Shown here in pieces: positions 1-9,139 of a DNA stretch of 64,000 nt; position 1 is the stretch's first letter; each line of letters begins with the position of its first letter. The position numbers and the translations under genes were made by a program. Where the stretch lies: contig NW_027363019.1 in NCBI RefSeq assembly GCF_046119375.1, positions 310,001 through 374,000 on the forward strand, given 5' to 3'. Origin of the DNA: Phyllobates terribilis (taxonomy: Eukaryota). The notes below the pieces were generated by a model. The model was not told the DNA's origin, made no database searches, and saw only the letters and a list, made by a program, of their open reading frames with translations.

Positions 1-1063
1 GCTCTGCGCTGTGACGGCTCAGGAGAGAGCGCAGTGGAAAGCGGTCACCACGCCCTCTGACCTGAGACATCACAGTCAGAGGACGCAGAAGAGACAGGAG
101 CTGCTGCAGAGGCCTGGGAAGAGGTAAGTATTGTGCCGCCGGCTGCCGGAGCCCTGAGCAAGCGAGGGGGAGTGGGCACTGACACTGCTCTCCTCCGCTC
201 ACGGGTCCCATAGCGCAGTGGGGTGCCCGACAGCGAGTGGCCCCCCCCCCGCCTGCTCAGGGCCCCGGCACTTGCCGGGGTGCGCCAGGTGCTGACGCCG
301 ACCCTGCACTCTTGCACAAGGGCCTACCGGAGGATTCTCCTGTTCTCCTGTGGGCCAGTCCAAGCCTGACTGTGCTATACATAATAAGGCTACATTCCTG
401 CATTGAGCATGTCCTATTCTGATCCTCAAAATCAGATCACAACTGGACATTCTCTGACCCTCACAGATCTTATTCTCAGATCCATGATTTTCATGGATGT
501 GTGAATGGATCTATAAAACTCTACGAGTCTGTGGACCATCCAATAAAAAAATCTTTCAGCACATGGACATTTCACACAAATGTGAGAATGCAGCCTAAGG
601 GATTTTACAGATAACATTATCACTCCAAGTCACACAGTGCAGATACAGAATAATATTTACATCCAGGCACTTACCGCTGACGTCTCATCTGATCAGAGCA
701 GGTTTCTGCTGTTTCTTCTCCATCTGGTCAGACCTTCATGTCAACATCTCCCAGCCACGACTCGTCTTGTCACGTTGATCTCCAGTCTAGAAAATAACAA
801 GGTCACATATATTGTATATATACACGTGTTTCCCCCACACTGCGCCCCTGAATACAGATATGTAGACCCCCCCCCCCATTAATATACTATTAGCCACTTA
901 GTAATCAAAATATAAAGTGATAAGCAGCACTGTGTCCCCCATTAACTATAATCTCCACCGGCCAATAGTATAAATTATTCAGTCTCTGTGACTCTCCCCA
1001 ATTAACTGTAAGGCTATGTGCACACGGAAAATATACCAGGTTTTACAGTACAAGCAAAGTGAA

Positions 1064-2275
1064 ACCCCCATCGCTGCTCTCTCCCAGCACCCCCATCATT
1101 GCTCTCCCCCAGCACACACATCACTGCTCTCTCCAGGCACCCCCATCATTGCTCTCCCCCAACACACCCATCACTGCTCTCTCCCAGTACCCCCGTCATT
1201 GCTCTTTCCGGGCACCTCCATCATTGCTCTCTCCCAGCACCCCCATCATTGCTCTCTCCCAGCACCCCCATCACTACTCTCCCCAAGTACCCCCGTCATT
1301 GCGCTTTCCGAGCACCTCCATCATTGCTCCCTCCCAACACCCCCATCATTGCTCTCTCCCAGCACCCCCATCACTGCTCTCACCAAGTACCCCAGTCATT
1401 ACTCTTTCCAAGCACCCCCATCATTGCTCTTTTCGAGCACCCCATCATTGCTTTTTCCCAACACCCCCATCATTGCTCTCTCTCAGCACCCCCATCATTG
1501 CTCTCTCCCAGCACCCCCATCACTGCTCTCCCCAAGTACCCATCATTACTCTTTCCAAGCACCCCCATCATTGCTCTTTCCGAGCACCCCATCATTGCTC
1601 TGTCCCAGCACCCCATCATTGCTCTCTCCCAGCACCCCCATCATTGCTCTCTCCCAGCACCCCCATCATTGCTCTTTCCCAGCACCCCATCATTGTTCTC
1701 TCCCAGCACCCCCATCATTGCTCTCTCCCAGTACCCCATCATTGCTCTCTCCCAGCACTGCACCCCCATCATTGCTCTCTCCCAGCAACCCCCATCATTG
1801 CTCTCCCCAGCACCATCATTGCTCTCCCAATCCCCACCATTCTCACCATCCCCATTATTGCTCTACCCATCCCCACCATCCCCATCATTGCTCTCCCCTT
1901 CTCCACCATCCTCATCATTGCTCTCCCATCCCCACCATCCTCATCATTGCTCTCCCCATCCCCATCATTGCTCTCCCCATCCCCACCATCCTCATCATTG
2001 CTTTCCCCGTCCCCATCATTGCTCTGCTCATCCCCACTGTCCCCATCATAGCTCTGCCCATCATTTCTCTCCCTATCATTGCTTTGCCGATCACTGCTCT
2101 GCCCATCATTGCTCTCCTATCATTGCTCTCCCCATCATTGCTCTGCCCATCACTGCTCTGCTCATCACTGCTCTTCCCATCACTGATCAGCCCATCATTG
2201 CTCTGCCCATCACTGCTCTGCCCATCATTGCTCTGCCCATCATGGCTCTGCCCATCATTGCTCTCCCCCCACCTC
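1064..2275. repeat. Minisatellite built on a CCCATCATTGCTCT core; ~25-bp unit on the left grading to a 15-bp unit on the right
   Basis: Unit GCTCTCTCCCAGCACCCCCATCATT (25 bp) at 1621-1670; unit CCCATCATTGCTCTG (15 bp) at 2190-2260. The long ORFs here are repeat artefacts. Confidence 0.95.
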
Positions 2276-2289
2276 CCCTCATTCTCCTG

Positions 2290-2640
2290 TTCCTCTCCCC
2301 AGTGTATCAGTACAAAAAAAAACAAAACAAAAAACACAACTTACCTCTCAGCACGCTCCCGCAGCATCCTCCTTGTTGCCGGTAACTTCCTCCCTTACAC
2401 AGGCCCGAGCTGCTTGATGACGTCATCAAGCTGTACGAGCCTGTGTCAGGGAGGACGCGCCGGGCAGGAAGCAGAGGACGGATCCCTCAGCTCCACTGCC
2501 ATTTTCCTTCTGTCAGCAGTGGAGCTGGAGGGATCCCTTGCTGCTCACCGCACATGAGAGGGCAATCTGGCCATGGGCCCCCCAGAGCCTGGGGCTCCGA
2601 GAAGCAGGCCAGATTGCCCTCAATATTAACCGCCCGGTAA
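2290..2640. mobile_element. Probable non-autonomous DNA-transposon fragment with an internal palindrome
   Basis: Perfect 20-bp palindrome GCTTGATGACGTCATCAAGC at 2412-2431, with imperfect outer arms ACACAGGC / GCCTGTGT. No termini identified. Confidence 0.4.
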
Positions 2641-3087
2641 GGGCCCCCCTGCACCCTTGCACGGCCAGGCTCCGGTGCAGCTGCACCAGCGGTAGGTCCG
2701 CCCCTGTCTCTGAACTAATCTGCTGATATCTCCCACCACGTAATCTCTGGTCCTCCCAAGACCTCCTTCTCTCCTCAACAATCGTACGTTCCTCATCCAA
2801 TCGCCTGCAAGACTTCTCCCGAGTATTCCCCATCCTGTAGAATTCTGTGGCCCAACACATCCGATTATCCCCTCATTTGGAACTTTCAAGCGGAACTTTA
2901 AAACCCATGTCTTCAGAGCAGCTTACAGCCTGCAATGACCCCACTGCCACCTTACCAACAGCAGAGCTGTTGCACCCCCCAAAACTACTATCCTTCCCCA
3001 TTATCCTGTAGAACAGGGGTCTCAAACACGCGGCACGCGGGCCGCATGCGGCCCCTGAGGCTGCTTTATGCGGCCCGCAGGCACAGG

Positions 3088-3390
3088 CCCCTTGACGATC
3101 CTGACCAGGTCCAGGAGGAGCCGCCGACAGCAGCGCTGAATTGCCACACAGAGACTGTCTCCCAGCACAGCATTTCCAATGACAGTCGCTGGCCAATCAG
3201 AGGCCAGCAGCTGATATCTGCGTGTCGGCGCAGCGAGTATGACGTCATTGCCATATGCAGATGTCAGCTGCTGGCCTCTGATTGGCCAGCGACTGTCATT
3301 GGAAATGCTGTGCTGGGAGACAGTCTGTGTGCTGCAATGCAGCGCTGCTGTCAGCGGCTCCTCCTGGACCAGGTCGGGATCGTCAAGGGG
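3088..3390. repeat. Long internal inverted repeat (~130-bp arms) inside the hAT MITE
   Basis: 3088-3221 is the near-perfect reverse complement of 3257-3390; the loop contains TGACGTCA (3240-3247). Confidence 0.9.
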
Positions 3391-3502
3391 TCGGACTCTG
3401 TGGTGCCTGCGGGCCACATCAGCAGGAAGGCCGCCGAGGGAACGGATGACAGGTGAGAATCATCTTTTTTTTTCTATTTTATGTGTGTGAAGAACAGCAC
3501 AG

Positions 3503-4215
3503 GGGGCACATAGCCACAAGATGGGGACCTGGATGGGGCACATAGCCACAAGAGGGGACCTGGATGGGGCACATAGCCACAAGAGGGGACCTGGATGGGG
3601 CACATAGCCACAAGAGGGGACCTGGATGGGGCACATAGCCACAAGAGGGGACCTGGATGGGGCACATAGCCACAAGAGGGGACCTGGATGGGGCACATAG
3701 CCACAAGAGGGGACCTGGATGGGGCACATAGCCACAAGATGGGGACCTGGATGGGGCACAGAGCTACAAGATGGGGACCTGGATGGGGCACAAAGCCACA
3801 AGATGGGGACCTGGATGGGGCAAATAGCCACAGGATGGGGACCTGGATGGGGTACATAGCCACAAGATGGGGACCTGAATGGGTCACATAGCCACAGGAT
3901 GGGGAGCTGGATGGGGCACATAGCCACAAGATGGGGACCTGGATGGGGCACATAGCCACAAGATGGGGACCTGGATGGGGCACATAGCCACAAGATGGGG
4001 ACCTGGATGAGACACATAGCCACAAGATGGGGACCTGAATGGGTCACATAGCCACAGGATGGGGAGCTGGATGGGGTACATAGGCACAAGATGGAGACCT
4101 GGATGGGGCACATAACCACAAGATGGGGACCTGGATGGGGCACATAGCCACAGGATGGGGATCTGGATGGGGCACATTAATACAAGATGGGGACTTGGAT
4201 GGGGAACATTACTAC
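3503..4215. repeat. G-rich minisatellite, 31-32-bp unit, ~22 copies, inside the hAT MITE
   Basis: Unit CATAGCCACAAGA(T)GGGGACCTGGATGGGGCA. Confidence 0.95.
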
Positions 4216-4732
4216 AAGATGTTTGCCATTATTACTATATGACAATATTACTGTATGTGGCCAATTGGGGGAAACAAAATTGTAAAAATAAAAAAAATAA
4301 AAATAAAGCATAAAAAAATATTGGGCACAAAAAATGCTGTTTTATATGTAAACTAAAGTAAACACAAAAAAGTGCACGTTTATTATCGCCACATCCATAA
4401 CGACCCAAGCTATAAAAAAAATAAACATGGCAAAAATGTTCAAAAGGTGTATACAAAAAAAAATGGTATCACTAAAAATGTCACATTGAACAAAGAATGC
4501 GGCCCCCAAAATTCAAATTTTTTCCATGTGTGGCCCATATACCCAGCCGAGTTTGAGACCCCTGCTGTAGAATGTAAGGCCGCAATGGTAGGGTCCTCTC
4601 CCCTTTGTACTTGTCCGTCACTATTAGTTTGTTCATTGCAATTTCTATTTCTGTTTGTATGTAACTCCTCCTCATGTACAGCACCATAGAATCAATGGTG
4701 CTCTAAAAATAAATAATAACAATAATCCCCCA

Positions 4733-6013
4733 CATGATGTTCCCCCCAGTCTTCACCCCTGCCCTCCATGCCGGTGTGCACACTGCAGGAAGCTGCAGCA
4801 GTAGTTGGCACAGTGTTTCATCGTCAGCATCATCAGAGATGTGCTGCAGCGGTCTGCTGACCGTTTACACTACCCATCCCACGTACTCATCCTCCAACAA
4901 AGCAAGTGGTTGGGCATCAGTGCACTCAATCTCTTCCAATTGTTGGCCAGGGCCAGATGGATGGCCCACGGAACCACAGCCAGCAGTCATCAAAAAGCAG
5001 GAGATACCGCTGCATGACTTGGGGCTCAGACTGCTTGCCAGGGGGTGAGGTGGAAGACAGATGCCCATGAGCCGCAGGTGCCAAATCTGCACTTTCAGCA
5101 GGGGATTAGGTGGAAGACAAAGCAATGGGACTGAAGGCACTCTCAGCCAACCAACCTAAAACCACTTCTACTTGTTCTGGCCTCACCATTCATCCAACGA
5201 TACTCGGGCCTACGAAATTACACAGAGCATCCTGTCGCCTACTTGCAGCACAGGAAGGTGTTTCATTTGGGCACGTAGCCGACACAGATCGACCACGGCC
5301 TTTCTCTCCCTGCAGCAGCTACATTCACCACCACCAGCAAAACTGACACATCTATTTGATGCTCTCCGCTTTGTTTTCAACCCAAAAAACTGCAGAGTAT
5401 TACACGGCCAGTATTCAGAGAGAGAGTGGATCACAGATTATTACACGGCCAGTATTCAGAGAGAGAGAGTGGCTCGCAGATTATTACACTGCCTGTATTC
5501 AGAGAGAGAGTGGATCGCAGATTATTACACGGCCTGTATTCAGAGAGAGAGTGGCTCGCAGATTATTACACTGCCTGTTTTCAGAGTACCCCCTAAAAAA
5601 AACAAAAAAAAAATACAGTTTTGGCTACCTACTCCTCCTCCACTTTTTCCACCTACACCGCCACCTCCACCTCCTCCACCTCCTCCTCCTCCTCAACCTC
5701 CTGCTTCACTTGGACCTCTGCCTCCTGGTTCAAGATTATAATTGTTTCTTTTTTTTTTATTATGTTATTTTAAGTCATTTTCCTATCAACATTTGTCTTC
5801 AGGGCAATTGTCCTGCACTTACCCCCATTTGGCTTCCTTTTGCAGCCCCTTAGCCCTTACTGTGAACATTTTGCAGCCCTTTTTAAGCACTGAAGTTAGG
5901 GTCCCTATTGACTTCTATTGGGTTCGGGGTCAAGTTCGGTCCAAAACCAAACTTTTAACTGTAGCTTCGTAGAATCTGCCGAACCTGAACATCCATGGAT
6001 CCACACATCCCTA
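4733..6013 (-). mobile_element. Decayed hAT (Ac-like) element: one terminus plus a remnant of the transposase 5' region
   Basis: Terminus CATCCCTA at 6006-6013 (TAGGGATG on minus, Ac-type) preceded by GTTCGG/CCGAAC subterminal repeats (5921-5990). Minus-strand fragments such as ...EEIECTDAQPL.LLEDE resemble the N-terminal region of anuran hAT ORFs (from recall, not searched). Confidence 0.55.
5399..5585. repeat. Short tandem array, 41-43-bp unit, ~4.5 copies
   Basis: Unit TTATTACACGGCC(A/T)GTATTCAGAGAGAGAGTGG(A/C)TCGCAGA. Confidence 0.85.
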
Positions 6014-6324
6014 TCAGTAACACATCATTGTGTGCACATAGACGGTCATTTTTCTTGACAGCACATCTCTTGCTTACAGGACGATATAATTCTGAGAATG
6101 ATTATTTTTAAGCTTAAAGAGGTGGTCCGCTACATTCTATAATGCCCCCTTCCATCCAGTATCGCTCCAAAATCAAGCGCGCGCTTTCCCTCTCCCCTCT
6201 GCTTTCATCGGCCGCTAGCGCTCTCTGGATTTTGGGATGTTCACGATTACAAAAATTGTCCTGCCCCCAGCTATAGAGTGAGGGGCGGGTGGAAGGGAGT
6301 TGTAGACCCCACAATCACTAGAGG

Positions 6325-6700
6325 ATAGAAACTTTCACCGCACACTCAGGAGATCCAATGCAAAAGTTTTAATGATATTTAGAAAAACCTGCAAGTGGCG
6401 GAGAAAAAACAGTTCTTTTGTTTAGAGGGGACTTTTACGTTTCGGTCCGCTCCTGGGCCTTGCTCACATAGTCGCTCTGAGTAAGGCTGTGATGGTCCAA
6501 ACCATATGAGAGATATCCCAGTGGGGATGCATATTCAGTTGAGTCCTTATGGGGAATGGCAGTAAGGGCGCTCCTGCACTTCCTGTGTGAAGGCCTTTTG
6601 GGATGTGACGTGCGGTGAAACGCCGTTCACAACCCAGTCAATCGTGGTGGGGGGGTTTAGTGCGTGCGACTGGGTCATGCCTAGGTGAATCCAAGAAATC
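6325..6700 (-). mobile_element. Penelope-like pLTR remnant with a degenerate hammerhead motif
   Basis: Minus strand reads GTGAGCAA-GGCCCAGGAGCGGACC-GAAA-CGT-A (6440-6470), then CATTAAAA...TGAGTGTGCGG, the same polyA-signal plus TGAGTG motif as the pLTR at 29280-29320. Confidence 0.5.
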
Positions 6701-6718
6701 CGGAAGTTGAGGTGACAA

Positions 6719-7713
6719 TGTGGCACCCCAGGGGTCTGGTTTCCACAGTAATAGCAATATTATGTCTGAGAGCAGGTGGGAGGTCTCTTGGTCAGGAATC
6801 CTATGCATGCCACACCTCCTGCCCAGTCCTGGGAGGGGAAGAACTTCCCCTATATAAAACTGGGGCTGAGGCAGGGTTGTGGAGAAAGAGTTGAGTTAAG
6901 AAGAGGAGAAGCAGCTATAGGAAGAGAGATCAGGAGCTCTGGGGAAGTCGTGCTAAAAGGAATCAGGGGCTGGCAGCTGTAGAGCTCGCCCTGATTGAAG
7001 AGTTACCACCGGACCCGGAGTCCGAGGCTGTGGGGACTAATCCTTACCCAGCAGCAGAAACCGACCGGCAGGGGATTTCAGGTCCTCTGGCCAAGAAACC
7101 CGAAGGCACGGTCACACGCGTGGGACCAGCACCGCCGTCGTGGAGCGGAAGCCACTAGAAGGCCCCGAGTCACCGGCCATACGGGTGAGCACCACACGGT
7201 ACACTCAGGGACGTGGGCTACTTTTACCCGCCTCTAGCAAGGTAGCCAGAAGAGTACAATTAGTTGGGGAGGCCTACAACTCCGCCTGGCCAGGGGAAAT
7301 CCCATCTGCTCAAAGACTGACCAGGCCCCGATCGCTAGCCAGTACTCCGGGAGGGTCTATCTTTATCACCAGTAAAGACCCTGAACTACACCGCATCGTC
7401 TCTGAGTGGTTCCTGCTACCCCCATCATCCACGTCGGCTGCCCTGAGGCCATACCCCTCCCGTTGGGGGTTATACCATCCACGCTGCACAATCCTTCCAC
7501 CGGCCTCAGCGGTCTGCCCTGCAGCGGCAGCTCCATAGCTGCATTCAACGGGTGGCGTAGTCGTCCAACATCTACTGCTAATACTCAGCCACACAGTTTG
7601 ACTCCCTGGGCACGGACCGGGTCACCGCCACGAGACTACTACCCCCAACAGGCCCAGCTCCGGGTAGTCCCCGCGTGCGCAACGCTAAACCAAGTAGGCC
7701 CAGGGGCGCGTCA
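6719..7713 (+). repeat. G1 5' LTR
   Basis: TATA box TATATAAAA at 6851-6859; putative polyA signal AGTAAA at 7371, conserved in G2 and G3; ends ...GGGGCGCGTCA. Confidence 0.95.
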
Positions 7714-7717
7714 ACTT

Positions 7718-7736
7718 TGGCGTAGTCGGCAGGATT
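7718..7736 (+). promoter_or_regulatory. Primer-binding site complementary to the tRNA-Ser 3' end
   Basis: TGGCGTAGTCGGCAGGATT is the reverse complement of ...AATCCTGCCGACTACG-CCA (vertebrate tRNA-Ser AGA/TGA). The same PBS occurs at 59186-59204 and, with one C>T, at 17417-17435. Confidence 0.9.
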
Positions 7737-8154
7737 TCGTGCCCGCAACCACCGGGTACTGCGTGCCTGAAAAAGACTGTTCAAACTTACCAGTGGTGAA
7801 GATTCCCGCCATCCGGCGCCATCTTCTGCCTTCTTCCCGCCATCCGCGAAGTTTTCCCGCCATCCGGCGCCATCTTCTGCCTTCTTCCCGCCATCCGTGG
7901 AGTTTTCCCGCCGTTGGACGCCATCTTGAAGACGCCGCGCGGGAAGAAGAGGGGCGTGGACTCCGAAAGCGCGCGAGAACTGAAGCCCCGCCTCACGTCC
8001 GGACGTTGCGTAAGGTCCTGGAAGGAGCCCAGCAGACGCCGACGTCACAGGAGCGCGACGGAAGGTCCTCAACCCTGACGATCCACTGCGGAGCCGCGGC
8101 CTACGGAAGAGGATCATTGCAAGGTAGGCCACGGTCCACTAGGGGGAGAGAAAG

Positions 8155-9123
8155 ATGTCGGATACGGAGGAGAGCTTCACTGCCTCAACCCCCGCCAGCG
8201 CCACCGCTGCTGCAGTCATGCCTTTCACCATGCCCTATATCCCGGGAGCAGCCTGGCTACCCCAGTACTCAGGGGAGTCACATACCCTGAATGACTTTAA
8301 AGAAAAGCTGGATAGCCTCTTCCAGGTGTACCCCCTCACAGAAGAGCAAAAAGTGAGCATCCTGGTGGCCCAACTAACCGGGGCAGCCCAAAGGGAGGTA
8401 AAGTCCTGGCCACCTGGGAGGAGGACTGTCGCAGGGATACTAACCCGGCTGAGGGACACCTTTGATACCCGCACCTCAGCCGAGATTAAGCTTAGATTCT
8501 ATGGGTGCAAGCAGCGAGCACATGAGAGTATAAGGGACTATGCACTAAACCTACAAGAGGCCCTGAGAGCCATTAAGCAGACCGACCCTGACAGCGTGGG
8601 AAACGAGGACAGGCTGTTGACCGAGCAATTTATAGAGGGACTATATTGCAATGTCCACCGAACCCAGTTGCGGGCCATAGCCTTACAGGATCCTCATCTG
8701 GACTTTGCACAGTTCAAGGACAGAGCCATCCGGGTGCTCCGAGAACCGACACCGGGTGGCGTTGTGACCCACAGGCGCCCAGCTATCACTTACCACCAGG
8801 AGGCGGCGCCCTTGTCGGCAGGGCCTGTGGGGGCTGATGCGCAGGCTTTGAACAATGACCCGGCTCCAGACCTGCACCATCAGGTCCAAGAGCTAGCTAA
8901 AAGCGTTGCTGCGCTAACCCGAACTGTGCAGTCTTTACAGGTTTCCACTCCAGGGAAGATCCAGCTGGCATCCGGACCGTGGCGTCGACCAAGGAGGACC
9001 CCACCGGCCAGAGGAAGACCCAGCGACCGGTACAACGAGGACGGACAACCCATCTGCCGCCGCTGCAATCAACCCGGACATATGGCAAGGTACTGTCCTT
9101 TAAACTGGCACAACCTGGGGTAG
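8155..9123 (+). CDS. gag: Gypsy Gag (PNMA-like capsid plus CCHC knuckle), 322 aa
   Basis: Intact ORF with C-terminal CRRCNQPGHMARYC; homologous to 17820-18743 and 59631-60623. Confidence 0.9.
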   Translation: MSDTEESFTASTPASATAAAVMPFTMPYIPGAAWLPQYSGESHTLNDFKEKLDSLFQVYPLTEEQKVSILVAQLTGAAQREVKSWPPGRRTVAGILTRLRDTFDTRTSAEIKLRFYGCKQRAHESIRDYALNLQEALRAIKQTDPDSVGNEDRLLTEQFIEGLYCNVHRTQLRAIALQDPHLDFAQFKDRAIRVLREPTPGGVVTHRRPAITYHQEAAPLSAGPVGADAQALNNDPAPDLHHQVQELAKSVAALTRTVQSLQVSTPGKIQLASGPWRRPRRTPPARGRPSDRYNEDGQPICRRCNQPGHMARYCPLNWHNLG

Positions 9124-9139
9124 AGGGCCAACCCCCAGG
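9099..9139 (+). promoter_or_regulatory. -1 ribosomal frameshift signal (slippery heptamer plus hairpin)
   Basis: T TTA AAC (9099-9105) in the gag frame, 8-nt spacer, stem CCTGGGG...CCCCAGG (9114-9139). pol is in the -1 frame. Conserved at 18698 and 60578. Confidence 0.8.

Larger units (their letters stand above)
3014..4564. mobile_element. Non-autonomous hAT element (Charlie-like termini)
   Basis: TIR CAGGGGTCTCAAAC (3014-3027) / GTTTGAGACCCCTG (4551-4564); perfect 8-bp TSD CTGTAGAA at 3006-3013 and 4565-4572. Confidence 0.93.
2710..4725 (+). mobile_element. L2 (CR1/L2 group) LINE 3' fragment, split by the hAT MITE at 3014-4564
   Basis: 2800-2935 encodes RLQDFSRV.PIL.NS..QHIRLSPHLE.FKRN.KTH.FRAAYSLQ*, homologous to the end of the L2 at 28800-28940. 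The 3' tail GCACCATAGAATCAATGGTGCTCTAAAAATAAATAATAA (4681-4720) matches the L2 tail at 29127-29170. Confidence 0.8.

Noticed and set aside
1-130. Exon-like segment ending GAG|GTAAGT at ~123
   Set aside because: There is a good donor but no upstream context, recognisable protein or partner exon; it may be part of a repeat.
1016-2557. Long ORFs (513, 330 and 428 aa) rich in P/H/S/I
   Set aside because: All three frames are open only because the minisatellite unit lacks stops; there is no domain or splice evidence.
3460-4177. Multiple minus-strand ORFs (MCPIQVP... repeats)
   Set aside because: Shadows of the 31-32-bp minisatellite within a MITE.
5172-5853. ORFs with poly-Pro / His-Leu runs
   Set aside because: They arise from CCT/CCA microsatellite and 41-bp repeats inside a decayed hAT element.
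7718-7736. tRNA-Ser gene
   Set aside because: Only the 19-nt complement of the tRNA 3' end including CCA; it is a PBS with no cloverleaf.
7406-8290. 294-aa ORF spanning U5 and the leader
   Set aside because: GC-rich LTR/leader sequence; not conserved as an ORF in G2 or G3.
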